Below are positions 31,095 through 44,470 of a stretch of DNA of 64,000 bases, piece after piece. Numbering within the stretch: position 1 is the stretch's first letter; the number at the start of each line of letters is the position of its first letter. The position numbers and the translations under genes were made by a program. The notes beneath the pieces are model-generated. The model did not search any database, was not told where the DNA came from, and was given only the letters and a program-made list of their open reading frames with translations. The DNA comes from Octopus vulgaris. Its lineage: Eukaryota. The stretch lies in contig OX597815.1 in NCBI GenBank assembly GCA_951406725.2, positions 80,600,001 to 80,664,000 of the forward strand. The letters are read 5' to 3'.

Positions 31095-31159
<65 letters not shown>

Positions 31160-31514
31160 ACTCTATGGGTATATATACATAAGTATATATATATATGAAT
31201 GTTTATGTATGTGTACTTGACTGAAAATATAAAGAAATGCTATGTTGGAGCATTGCCTTTAGTCGAGAAAATCGAATCCTGTACTTATTCTTTGTAAGCC
31301 TAGTACATATCCTATCGGTCTCTTTTACCGAAACGTAAACACAGCAACATCGGTTGCCAAGAGATGGTGAAGAACAAACACAAGCACACGCAGACACACC
31401 CGCGCGCGCACGACCACACATATATTAGTTTCAGTTTCCGTCTACCCGTGGTTGGTAAGCAAGCCATAATATATATATGAACATATGAACAGGCTAGCAC
31501 ACACTTACGCGGTG

Positions 31515-31797
31515 ATCACGTGACCGACCAGGCTATCAGATGTTGCTACACATCGCTGGTCACAATGCGCTTCGCATTGTTTTTTTAGTCTTCAAATGAC
31601 GCCACCCCGCAGAAGAAAGAGTGAGAGAAAGTTGCGGCGAAAGAGTAGAGCAGGGATCGCCACCATCCCCTGCTGGAGCCTCGTGCAGCTATAGGTGTTT
31701 TCGCTCAATAAACACTCACAACGCCCGGTCTGGGAATCGAAACCGCGATCCTATGACCGCGAGTCCGCTGCCCTAACCACTGGGCCATTGCGCCTCC
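31515..31797 (-). mobile_element. tRNA-derived SINE, R-type head with tail B
   Basis: Reverse complement of the 7908-8209 family. Confidence 0.9.
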
Positions 31798-31800
31798 ATA

Positions 31801-31879
<79 letters not shown>

Positions 31880-31880
<1 letters not shown>

Positions 31881-33087
31881 ATATGTAGAAAAATACAAAC
31901 TAGGACAAGAACGTAAAACATTTAGAAGGCGATACAAAAAGCACGGACGGGAAGCCTTCAATCTTCAGTCAAGAACCGGATCATCCTAGCAATTTCGGCT
32001 GATTAATCTTGAGATCTCTCCGATCCGGCCAGCCCCAAGAAAAAACTAAGCTACGAGCATTAGATTTCTTGGAAGAAGGATCGAATGTATACGAAACATG
32101 GACAGAAAAACGGACGATGCCACACGAATATAAAATACAGAAAACAATAAAGTTAAAAACAGGACAAAAACAGCGGGTGTCTTACAACTATTAAACAGTA
32201 CAACAAGTTTAGCTGGCGTATTTGGAAAAAATGCCTTTATTGGCAGACGAGGACAACGATGTTCTCACGGCAGTGGTCGGAGGCCAAAAGGGCTGATTTG
32301 ACCAGCGGTCACGTGGGAGAAGAGAGAGTAAAGAAAGGGGGCAAGGAAACAAAGAAAGAGAGAGAAAAAGAGGGACGAAGGCAACAAAGGGGGGAGAAGA
32401 GAGAGAAAGAAGGAATTAAAGTGGGGAGAAGAAGGAGTGCGTGCCAGGGATTGCATTGTGAGTGCAAAGTGAGAGAGACAGAGAAATGTGAGAGAGTGGG
32501 GCAAGAGTAGACCAAAGAATCAGAGGCAAATACATTAATAAATCTTAGAGAAGCAAAAACATTTTAGAAAAATTATCCGCTACCAGTGGTTTAGCGAAAA
32601 GGAAAGAATAGTCAATAGACTATATATTATTCATTTAAACACATAAGAGATGGCCATATTAGGACATCTGATTTACTAGAAAGGGCAGTTAAACTCCAAA
32701 CCACTAATAGTTGTAATTCTGAAAGGGAAAGAGAAATAAAAACGTTTACCCTATCGTTCCTGGACTATGCATAGTTTCGGCAGTCTTTTGTAAATAAAAT
32801 AAAATGATTTTACTTTACAATTGGCGTTGCCATCTTCAGCAGGAAGCCAAGGCTAGATTTTTACCTATTAATTTTTACTTTAAAGACACGAAATAGGTAG
32901 TAATAAACAGTCGACAACTGATTAGCGAGTTATCTTCATTTGGTATTTTGCCCTGTTCTTTTCTCTCGTGTGTTTACATATTTTTCACTCGTTGATGTCC
33001 TGTAATTAATGTGTATTTTTTATATTTATTTGTGTTTATTTTTTTAATTTATAATTGAACGCCATGCAGCCTTGTCCACAGTAAGTT

Positions 33088-33090
<3 letters not shown>
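31880..33090. mobile_element. Cluster of PLE pseudo-LTR-like sequences between (AT)n tracts
   Basis: Contains a minus-strand CTGAAGA near 31965 and the complete hammerhead at 32757-32845; boundaries approximate. Confidence 0.5.
32757..32845 (-). ncRNA. Type I hammerhead ribozyme (candidate, complete core)
   Basis: Minus strand: TTCCTG-CTGAAGA-T-GGCA...TGCC-GAAAC-TATGCATA-GTC-CAGGAA. It has a 6-bp stem I, palindromic stem III ACTATGCATAGT and a GUC triplet. Confidence 0.85.
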
Positions 33091-33159
<69 letters not shown>

Positions 33160-34004
33160 CATATATATACTTATATACACAATGAAGAATGTAAACTTAC
33201 ACATCTTTAAAATTTAAATAATTTTCTGCATGATAAATTCCAATACGTGTTTCTGTTGAATAAATGTTTTAAGGTCCTTTGATGTATCAGCCTGGAATTT
33301 AAACTCCTTAATTTTAAAGTTACCTTCACATGGAAAATATAATAGTTCTGTTGTTTCCAGGGAAATAATAATTGAAGAAGAGATTTGAAAAAAACAGAAA
33401 ATTCAAAAACCATGAACGCTAGAACATAATGCATTCTTTATATCACGTTAAAAGTTGCCTATATTTATAAAATAGTCAGATAATACCTTCTATGAATCGG
33501 ATTGTAACTTCATATTATTTGAATAAATGAATAAATAAATAGATAAATAGATAAATAAATAAATATACAAAGCTTTGTCTAAAGTATTTAATTTAACAAG
33601 AAAAATGCAATTCAACGTATCTGGCACCTAATAAACCCCGGGTGCTTCGGTTAACGTACCGATATGCATAGGTCCAGGGTGTGGTTCAGTGACATATGCA
33701 GAAACATACATATACGCATAGCACATGTCGACAATGCAAAAAATAAATAAATAAAAGCAAACAAAAAACAATAGTCTGTTATAGGATATAAATAATATGA
33801 CTACTTTCTCATCGGAAAATTGTAAGTTCGATTTAAATTTTTTTTTTTTTAAGTATCACCAATATAGGTATTTATACTCCGGTGAAATTAATAAATCGAC
33901 TCGTGAATAAATGAAACCCTCTAATCCATCACTGTATACACACAAACACACACACAGACACACACACTCACACACAGAGTCGCATATCTATGTATGTATT
34001 TATG

Positions 34005-34185
34005 TATGCTTGAAAATAATCAAACCAAATTTTCATCATTTTGAGCCACTCACCCAACGAGTATTTCTGACAAATTTGGTGAAAATCTCTTCAGCCGTTT
34101 TTCAGTCATTTTGCAAACACACAGACAAAGACACAAAGACGAATGATTAAATGCCCTGCGCGCGTAAGCGAAAGTAGAGTAAAAG
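34005..34185 (+). mobile_element. Possible Helitron/Helentron-associated (HINE-like) remnant
   Basis: 'acaaatttggtgaaaatctcttcagccgttttt..acacacagacaaagac' resembles the motif in 12557-12890. Confidence 0.3.
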
Positions 34186-34329
34186 AGAACAAAAACATAC
34201 ACGCGTAACAAACGGTTGACATACATACTCATTCAAAGACTAAATAGAGAACAATTTATTTACTTATGGCAAGTTGGTACACTTGACGACGTTCGAGGTT
34301 TTTGGCGACTCAGGCGTCTGGATGTAATG

Positions 34330-34402
<73 letters not shown>

Positions 34403-34410
34403 CTCTCTCT

Positions 34411-34477
<67 letters not shown>

Positions 34478-34679
34478 TGTGTATATATATATATACATAC
34501 ATACAAACGTGGTTTTATGTTCCTAGGGGCATGTTTCTACGGATATGTTTATAGGTATTTATCTCCCAATGCTTATTTATGTTTATATCAAACTATCAAT
34601 CTCCATATCACCCGTATGTTATTGTGCATGTATGTATTATACATATATGTGTGTATGTGTGTGTATGTATGCGTGTGTA

Positions 34680-34720
<41 letters not shown>

Positions 34721-34951
34721 GTAAGTAGATACATATAGGTATGTGTGTATGTATGTATATATGTTTGCGTGTGTATGCATAAAAAGATAAGACGAAACAA
34801 AAAAGAAGAGGAAAAGAAAAAGAAAAGTAAATACACTTAAAACTGGAAAAATTGATTCTCTCCCCTTAAGCAGATAGACTCTCTCCCTTTCTCTCCCTCT
34901 TCCCGTCTCTCTCTGACTGCCATGTAGCAGCCCCAAGAGAACAGAATACAC

Positions 34952-35012
<61 letters not shown>

Positions 35013-35199
35013 TATGCGTATAATGCACACAAACATACACACACATTTATATATAGACACCGGTGTATATGAGTATATATATGTATGTGCTTATGCGTAT
35101 ATAGCTATCCTCGTTTATATCAAGTGTCCCCAAAAACGTTCACATGTCGGAACAAACAAATAAAAAAGAGCTGTTGAACATTGTTTTATACTTATTTTA

Positions 35200-35911
35200 T
35201 ACATACACCCTCATTGACAGACACTACCCACTTCAACGTATAGAGGATGGAATCAGACGTGCAACACAAGTCGACATAAAACCCTTTAGAAAAGTTCAAC
35301 ACAGCAACACACCTTTCCCGAAAATACTGCTGTACATATCCACATACAATCCCAGAAACAAAGATGTCTTCACCATCATCGCCCAAAATCTACATAAGGA
35401 CCCCAAACCAATGGAAATTTTTACACACACGTAATATCATTAAAAGCCACAAACAACCGAAGTCACTAAAAAAGATCCTTACAAAGGCAAAATTATTTTC
35501 TAAAATAACGGACGCAAAAGTGTAAAAATGTGGTCGGCCAAACCGCGTAACATGCCCAAAACTTCTAGAAGCATCAGAATTCCTTTTTAAAGAGGGACAA
35601 AAATTTAAAACCAAATCTGACTTTACTTGTGCTTCGGGAACCCTAATTTCTGTAATAAGATGCTCGGGCTGCCACTAAAACTTCATAGGGTCCACGGGAT
35701 TATCACTTAGATGCAGATGCACTCTGCACCTTGCATTCCCAGAATATAGAATGACCCCCTTTAGTGAACACATTGATGCTGAAAACAAATGCTACCACAA
35801 TTTGTAATCGTTCCATTCTATCAATGCCCCATTGGAATACCAATATAAATTAGATTAAATAAGGAAACCTACTTCACTGAAAAATATAAACCAAATCTTA
35901 ATCGTTTCTAA
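35200..35911 (+). mobile_element. Decayed Penelope-like element, linker and GIY-YIG
   Basis: HYPLQRIEDGIRRA..ISTYNPRN..KQPKSLKKILTKAK..KCGRPNRVTCP..FTCASGTLISVIRCSGCH*NFIGST..ETYFTEKYKPNLN. Confidence 0.85.
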
Positions 35912-36589
35912 CATCTTATTCTCTCAAAACGAAACCATGTTAAATTAACAAAGCCTAATCATTCCCAACATTTGTGATTCTTTCTCTTATACCGATAAGA
36001 ATCCCTGATTACCTCCCCCTGTTTCGAACTCTCCTACATTACATTATAGCGAATAGATGACACAACAACGGTAAAGAAATTTGAGAAATTTGAAAAGAAA
36101 ATGCGAAACCAAAAACAATGTTACTATACAAAAGATTTTTACATTTTCCTAAAATAACGATTTTAATATATTTTTTAACCATATAATACAAATCTACAGC
36201 TTTTTCATATATATATATACACATATGTATACACACATATATTTACATATGTATGTGCAAATCGTTGTGGTGTATGTCTGCTCATCCGTCAATCTGTCTA
36301 TACATACACACGCACACACACGCACACTCACACACACTCTCACATGCACACACACATACATAGAAAAGGAACTTTTAAAAATTTTTAAAAAGAACGAGAA
36401 AAGGATATTTCATTTATTTGTACGTAGCGTCTGTTTCTCCTTTTGATGTCTTACACCATTGTAAACCGAGCATATTGCCTTTAGATGAGAATCCTGTCAT
36501 TCTCTGATAGTGGAAGAATCATTCGGAGATGGAGGGAAGTGGCCGGATCGGGGATGAATAGCCAAGCAAGATGATTGCTTCCATATGCA

Positions 36590-36638
36590 CTGCGTATCAT
36601 CATTATCATCACTGCCATCGTCGCCGTCTTCATCGTCG

Positions 36639-36676
<38 letters not shown>

Positions 36677-36912
36677 GTCATCAACATCATGGACATTATT
36701 GTCGTCGTCGTCGTCGTTGGTGTCGTCAGCGTCTTCGGCATCGGCATCATCAGCCTCATCCATTATTATCTTTCTCCTCACCAACCACCATAACCATTGC
36801 TGCCACCACCTACACCAACACATCACCATCACCAGCATCACCACCTCCTACTCCTCCACCACCACCACCACCACCACCACCAATACCAACACCATCACCA
36901 AATACCATCATC

Positions 36913-36975
<63 letters not shown>

Positions 36976-37248
36976 GTTATCACCTTTATCATCTTCACTA
37001 TCAGTTTTGATCATCGTTAACAACGTATTTTGTTTTAATAATGCCTGTCTTATATTTGAAAAATCATTGACATCACTTGATAATAATGATTATAATGACT
37101 ATGGTGGCAGTGGTGGTGGTGGTGGTAGCGGCGTCGGTATCAGTTGCAGCAGCGACGGCGCGATGGCGGATGTGGTGATATTATTTGTGGTGATGTGGAG
37201 GAGCACAATGAGGACGAAGGGACACAGAGAATGATGTTGTTGTTGTTG

Positions 37249-37281
<33 letters not shown>

Positions 37282-37390
37282 ATGATGATTATGATGAAGA
37301 GAATAATGAGTAGGATGAGGATGAATAAGGTATTCACATCGACGACGATAATGGTGATGACGAGGATGATGAAGATGATGACGACAATTA
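36590..37390. repeat. Compound (CAT)n/(CAC)n followed by (GGT)n/(GAT)n arrays
   Basis: Visible; source of the poly-His, Ser, Ile and Met ORFs. Confidence 0.9.
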
Positions 37391-37667
37391 CTAAATCTTA
37401 CATACAAAACGTACATGTTACCACTCTGCCTATATGCATAAAACTCTTCAAATGTAAATACGCATACAATGTGCGTGCGCGAGCGTGTAAGTGTGTGTGT
37501 TTGTGTGTATGTGCTCATATATGTTCATGTGTTTTCTTGCGCTGATGTTAAACGGTGTGTAGAATTGCATCCACTTATGTCAAAAATTAAGGTAACTATC
37601 TGATAGCGACCGATATAGTGTATACCATATATGTACCACATCTACCGCATTTCAATAATTGAAATGC

Positions 37668-37710
<43 letters not shown>

Positions 37711-37767
37711 AATCAAGGAACGGCCATAATAGGAATTCTACAAAATTTTTTTTGCCACCCTATATTG

Positions 37768-37861
<94 letters not shown>

Positions 37862-37883
37862 ATATATATATATATATATATAT

Positions 37884-38050
37884 AGATCGCTAGCCGCTAC
37901 ACATTCTTTATTTTCTCTTCTTGTTTCTTTCTGTGTTCATTTCTGTGGAAGAGTGTAGGCTCGAAACGTTAAAGACTTTTTCACTTCCCGTGCGTTATAC
38001 TAATACATCGGTTTGTTGTTTATACCACCTGTCTTCGTCTTTCATTTTTG
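37884..38050 (+). mobile_element. PLE pseudo-LTR fragment with variant hammerhead core
   Basis: ttt-CTGTGGA-A-GAGT gta GGCTC-GAAAC-GTT-aaa at 37940-37973. Confidence 0.5.
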
Positions 38051-38271
38051 TGTGTGTGTGTCAATTAGTTGGTTTTAATAATAAAACTCAGAGTTTCGGA
38101 TACCAAGGCCGAAAACTGCTCCGACATCTCATCAGTTATTAAGACAAAACGCTATGAAAAAACCTTTAAGTAAAGGGAAATTACTCCAAAAGGCATGGGG
38201 AAAGTAATATGCACACATATGCACACACATACATGTACGCACGCACACACATGTATGTATGTATGTATGTA

Positions 38272-38309
<38 letters not shown>

Positions 38310-38419
38310 TCACATATATATATATATATACACATATTCACACATGCGTATACATATACATACGAACACACATATATTCATATATACCCATACACGCATC
38401 ACTACGCTCATACATAAAC

Positions 38420-38651
38420 TTAAAAGAATATTGCATCCTGAACGCGCCCTTTACAAGACTATCCCACAATGCATTTGCTGTGCCAGTGCCTATTCCAACA
38501 TTCGGAATACTTTACTGGTCTGTAGAAGAAATCCACTCCATAGATATGAAGCGAAGCCTCTCCTGCATTCCTGACCCCAAAACCACATCACACTTTGAAG
38601 GTTATGCATGTGCAATCAAAGAACAAGAGATTCCAATTAAATACCCGATAA

Positions 38652-38702
<51 letters not shown>

Positions 38703-39290
38703 TAAAACCCTTAGAGATTCAAGATGCAACTGAAAATTTAAATTATGTTATATTTCTGTGGAAAATATCACACATAGGAATTGCAGCAGCCCAAAATTTC
38801 ATCAAGGTATTACTTCCTTATGCGACATGATGTTGTCGCGAAAACAATATACAATATCATCCGGGGAAAAACTGTCCTAGGAAACATATAGAGAACCCCA
38901 CTGTTATTGAATACGTACGCAAACATCAACACAAATAATGTTAGAACATTCCCACCAAAAGATCTGTCAAGGGTATGCATAAAAGACCGGATATTATTGT
39001 TTCGGACATAAGAGGAAAAGTATGTACTGTCATTGAGGTCAGCTGCTCTGCTGATGTGAATATCTCTTTCAAATTCAGCGAGAAAGAGGATAACCATGGA
39101 CAACTGCTTCGAAACCTCCAGCTTCTATATACAGATTATAAATTTATAACTGGTGCACTTGATTTTGTGAGTAAAGCCTAACTGACAGTCAGGACAAGCT
39201 TGGATTTGCAGAAAAAGATATCTACCAACTCATACATTACGAATACAATCTGTAAATAGGAAATAAAAATATGTCAGGCTTAAAATGTGG
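38420..39290 (+). mobile_element. Decayed R4-clade LINE 3' part with restriction-like endonuclease
   Basis: HNAFAVPVPIPTFGILYWSVEEIHSIDMK; RHDVVAKTIY; HKRPDIIVSDIRGKVCTVIEVSCSADVNI (PD..E/D motif). Confidence 0.8.
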
Positions 39291-39792
39291 CATTGTTTTC
39301 GCTCTCTGCATTCCAATGAGGGATCTTTGTAACTTTGTTAGAAGCCAACTCCTTCCGCAGAGGAAAAATTGAGATAATTAAAAACAGAAGGATATATATA
39401 CAGAACATGCCTGTATTCTTACATGCATACATACAGCTTATGACCAGGAGAAAACAAAAAGAAACAGACAGTTCTAAAGAAAAGATTTATTGGGTGTGGG
39501 TTTATCTACTTCGTTGTATAAAGTCGATGGAACAAGTGAAATAAACTTCCCAGCAAGCCCTCTGGCTTTGTGACTTGAGAGATAAACACAAATGTGAAAG
39601 AGAATACTTCTTAGGAAATCATCAGAAATCAAAGACAAATAAACGCATATCTTCTAAAAACCATAAGTGCGTTATGAAGAGAACCAAAATATACGGAAAA
39701 TGGAGAAGTGATATAAGCGCTATATTTTCGATAGTTATATACATCATTCGTGTTTTTACAGACTTTTTCTGATAAAAAGAATAATAACAATG

Positions 39793-39877
<85 letters not shown>

Positions 39878-39935
39878 TAATAATAATGATGATGATGATG
39901 AAAATAATAGTAATAACAACAACAACAATAATAAT

Positions 39936-41800
39936 ATGATCCTAGAAACTCTAGCCAAGAACAAGGTAGCACCAATACTCATGAAATATATAAAACATTG
40001 AATGAATAAATGGCAGACAGTGCTACATCTCCAGACAAAAGTGGGACTCATAAAAATCAAAGCCATCCCCACTAGAAGAGGAATATTCCAGGGAGACACG
40101 CTCTCTCCACTTCTTTTCTGCTTGGGACAGACACCTTTATCTGACATACTAAACAGAACTGGATGTGGATACAAATGTTAGGACAAAGCAATCAGCCACC
40201 TCTTATGTTCTAAATCTGTACACTACAATTGGAAACATTACTACTGTCAGTACATGGATTTACCAAAGAAATAAACATGAAATTTGGTTTAGATAAATGT
40301 GCAAAGGCAACCTTGAAAAGAGGAAAACTAGTTAAGAGTAGTAACATCACACTAGGTAAGGCAAATGAAAGAAGGGAATTAAACCAAAGCCAGACATACA
40401 AATATTTAGGAATCAATGAATTAGTTACGATACAACACACAGAAATGAAATAGAAGATAAAATAATACTAGAGACAAGTTAGATTAATACTGAAAACAGA
40501 GCTCAATGCGAAATACAAGATAACAAGTAGTAACACTCTAGCTGTCACAGTTATAAGTTACAGCTACAATAGTCTTAACTGGACTCTAAATGAATTGATC
40601 AAAATAGACAGGAAAGCAAGAAAAATAATGACACGATTTATGATGCACCACCCAAAATCTGACATAGAAAGGTTATATATACAACGTTTCGAAGGTTGTA
40701 GTGGCCTTATACAGCTAGAAAACTATTACAAAATAACCCCCATAGGACTACAGAAATACCTATTTCAGAAGCAAGGAAAACTAATACAAATAGCCACAAA
40801 ACACAAATAAAACAAAAACCTATTTTCAATCTTTAAGGAAGCTGACAAACACAAAAAAGAAGTCATAGCACCTTGCAGCTACGAAGAAAAAGAAGAAACA
40901 ATAAAAGCTGTAAAACAACTGAAATCCAAACTAAAACTGGAACAGCAAGGGATCATGATGACAAGAAAAGCATCTTCATGGCAAATACTGGGTTAAAGTA
41001 AACAGAAAAGAAATTGACAAAGCAAAATCCCAACAGTGGCTGAGAAGCTCAGAACTCAAAGCGGAGACTGAAGGACTTTTAATTGCAGCACAAGACCAAA
41101 GCCTTCTCACCAGAAATTACCAACAACTTGTAATGAAAGGAGATACAAGTAACTGCAGAATATGTGGAAATAGAGAAGAAGTAGTAAATCATATTGTCTC
41201 TGGCTAAGAAGTAATATATTCAGAGACACGATAGGGTTGGTACCTATATACACTGGAAGCTGTGCCAACAATATGGAATAATAACGGAAAAAAGATGGTA
41301 AGGGCACACACCAGTAAATGTCACAGAAAACGAGAAAGCAACCATATACTGGGATATGCCAATACACTCAGATAGATAAATTAAGGCCAATAGACCGGAT
41401 ATAGTTGTCAGAGATCACCAAGAAAAAAAATGCCTTCTAATTGATGTATCAATACCAACAGATGACAATGTTTCTCTAAAAAAACGAAGAAACTTTCAAA
41501 ATACAAAGATCTGGAAATAGAGGTAACTGGAATGTGGAGTCTAAAAACAGGAACAATTCCTATCGTATCCTATCATAGTAGACGCATTAGTTATGATTTT
41601 AAAATATTCAGACAAATGCATAACAAAAACACTAGAACTAACAAGTATATATAACATCCAGAAATTAGCACTAGTAGGCACCTACGTAAAATACTTTCAA
41701 AACAGTAAAAATTAAGAGCATCACAACAACCCACAGCACATTCACAAGGCGCACAGAAATGCGCTCTGTAGAGCACAGAAAGACAGCACGTGATAAAAAT
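39936..41800 (+). mobile_element. 5'-truncated R4/Dong-like LINE inserted in (AAT)n
   Basis: RRGIFQGDTLSPLLFCL, MKFGLDKCA, YKYLGI, HHPKSDIERLY, AAQDQ..CRICG..H, RHDRVG, NRPDIVV..IDVSIP. The YMDD region is deleted. (AAT)n at 39780-39935 and 41805-41878. Confidence 0.92.
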
Positions 41801-41802
41801 AA

Positions 41803-41879
<77 letters not shown>

Positions 41880-41882
<3 letters not shown>

Positions 41883-42330
41883 GCAAGAAACAGTCCAAAC
41901 TTATGAAAAGTTTCCTAACACAACCCCGAATACACTCAACAATAACACTGAAGCCGCCATTGAAAAGATGCGGAAGACTCAACGTCGATTTTATTGAGGG
42001 ATCAGAGTTCGTCAAACAGGGTCAACATTTCACAGTGAAAAGCAGCTTCACATGTGTTTCGGAGAACCTGATATATGGGTGTCTAGAGCAATATATAGGC
42101 CAAACAAAAAACAGTCTACGTCAAAATATTAATTTGATTAATATCAATTTAAAACCAGTAGTCTAGCATATTGAAAAGTCTGAAGTTTCAGAAAAAATTA
42201 TATTACATACATATAAGGGAGATGACCTGTAAGTGGACATCCATTATGCTAGAAGAAGATCCGCTATTGTCTTACCATTAAGAAAGGAATGTTCTCGAGA
42301 AAATTTAGCAAACGCCAGAACGTCTATATT
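41880..42330 (+). mobile_element. Penelope-like GIY-YIG remnant
   Basis: SKKQSKLMKSFLTQ..KRCGR..KSSFTCVSENLIYGCLEQYIGQTKNSLRQ. Confidence 0.75.
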
Positions 42331-42489
42331 ACCCATGTACCTATTTATCTACTTATCTATTTGTTTGTCAACATATCCTTCTACCTACCTATATATATTC
42401 GCCTACATAACAGCCTACTAACAAATCTATCTTTGCATGTATAAACTGTGGGTATTAGGATATCACTACCTTCTATGTGTATCTCCTAT

Positions 42490-43060
42490 TTAGTACAGGG
42501 GATATTCCGTTTATGAGGACGTACTCCTGTATTTGTTGGAGTGTTGGGTCTTTTCAGGTGCTTGGATAAAATGCGGATGTCAAGTCAACCCAGTATGCCT
42601 CTATGTTGGCCTTTGGCATGTTGGTAGGATATAGAAGACGGTTTTTTGTCGTCATATTGTCTCAAATGTTCATTTAATCTCTCTGCAATGCTTCTAGATG
42701 TCTCAAAACAACAATGTATGTCATGTTCTTGTCTTTACAAGCACCCTCTATGCACCCTACATTTATGTTCTACAATTAAAGCAAGGATTAATCTTTACTA
42801 CGTCCTACATAACTGTGATTTGATGGAGTGCCCTGGCTTTTCAACGATTTTAATGTATTTGGTCTCCTTCGGAACTTACCTAAATTTTGGGGCTAGTTCT
42901 CTATGGGCTGTGGCCTCAACAAACATCACTCCTTGATATTCGTCAGCCTTGTACCATGTGTTCACCCTCTTTACTTTGTCACAGACTCCCTGTATGCTAT
43001 TCCAGTCTTTACTTTTGTATCTAGAGCACGTACCACTGGTTTTATTATATATAATGTTAA
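42490..43060 (-). mobile_element. Penelope-like remnant of a different lineage
   Basis: Minus strand: YKSKDWNS..TWYKADEYQGVMFVEATAHRELAPKF..IKIVEKPGHSIKSQL..ETSRSIAERLNEHLRQY..DPTLQQIQE. Confidence 0.7.
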
Positions 43061-43538
43061 CTTCTTTCTAGCTTCCCTGTATAGCTTATATATATATGTG
43101 TGTGTATAGATATATACATACGTGTGTGTGTGTATGTATATGTTTGGGTGTGAGGTGTGAGCGGGTGAGTGTGGATGTGGGTATGGATAGATGTGAATGT
43201 GTGTGCATCTGTGTGGGTGTTGAGTGGTAGTAGGCGTGATCTTGTGTCCGAAAGCATGACATCCATAGTGTATCTACTTATATTTACAACTATTTTAAAT
43301 CAAGCGACATAAGTTGGGCTGACTCCATTTTCTTGCCATATTTCAGTATAGCAACGACATATTTGATGTTATTTTCATTCTTCACTCAAGTGATCTAGAA
43401 TTTACCACTTATGTTTGTACATTGATGATGCTATAAGATTTCCTGAAGTTGATGTTAAGCCAACCGTATAATAGCTACGCACTGTTTTTTTTTTTACAAA
43501 GCTTTTGCTCTTTAAAGTTGTATTCATATATTGACTTA

Positions 43539-43653
43539 GTGTTTGTAGTTTCTTTTTCACTATATACTAGAGTACTTTCATTCATTCTACAACCGAAAGC
43601 TTCATGTTTTCTATCTAGCTTGATTTTTTTTTCTCATGATTTAAACTTCTTGA

Positions 43654-43689
<36 letters not shown>

Positions 43690-43896
43690 ACTCATTCTCT
43701 CTGTAATGAATACAATGCTGATCTTCAATATATCGTCACTATATTTTTCTGTGTATCATTCATAACCCTAACATCTTGTTCGTGTTTGTAGTTTCTTTTT
43801 CACTATATACTAGAGTACTTTCATTCATTCTACAACCGAAAGCTTCATGTTTTCTATCTAGCTTGATTTTTTTTTCTCGTGATTTAAACTTCTTGA

Positions 43897-43948
<52 letters not shown>

Positions 43949-44040
43949 ACTCATTCTCTCTGTAATGAATACAATGCTGATCTTCAATATATCGTCACTA
44001 TATTTTTCTGTGTATCATTCATAACCCTAACATCTTGTTC
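43539..44040. repeat. Recent tandem duplication (243 + 259 bp)
   Basis: 43539-43781 is repeated at 43782-44040; the copies differ mainly in (CT)n length. Confidence 0.92.
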
Positions 44041-44299
44041 GTGTGTCAAGTAGGATATTTTTTCCACGAGTATTCTCTTAACGTTTACATTCAACATATC
44101 TTCGTCTATTTTATTGTATGAAACCATATTCTTCATATGTCTCGCATTAAGAATTACTCTACTTTTGTATTCTTAACACAGTTTTTACCGTATAATTAAA
44201 TTTTGAGCAGATGTATCATTCTAATTATTGATTTCTCCCTGAAATCTTCGTTAATCATATTTCCGTTTACATAAGCTTATTTACTTTTCTCACAATCAA

Positions 44300-44470
44300 A
44301 CAACAACAGTCACTTAGAACTGAAACCTACAGTGTTGACCTGGAGAAAAGAGTAATTCTGTATTCTGATAGGATCCTGAGAAAGATTCTTGAGATATCAA
44401 GAAACTTATTACCAAACCTCAAGACAGCAACCCTGCTCACGAACTTAGAATGTAATATTTTAATAATAAC
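44300..44470 (+). mobile_element. R4-like LINE 3' terminus
   Basis: LEKRVILYSDRILRKILE plus 3' UTR ending 'ttttaataataac'; second copy on the minus strand at about 50010-50170. Confidence 0.65.

Larger units (their letters stand above)
30215..31099. mobile_element. ORF-less PLE-derived unit: inverted 174-bp pseudo-LTR arms, each with a hammerhead
   Basis: Arms 30333-30506 and 30926-31099 are near-perfect reverse complements (one mismatch seen). Internal direct repeats at about 30523-30680 and 30778-30925. (AT)n lies on both sides. Confidence 0.85.

Noticed and set aside
36481-37545. Poly-His, Ser, Pro, Asp and Met ORFs resembling low-complexity proteins
   Set aside because: Open in multiple frames on both strands purely because of triplet microsatellites
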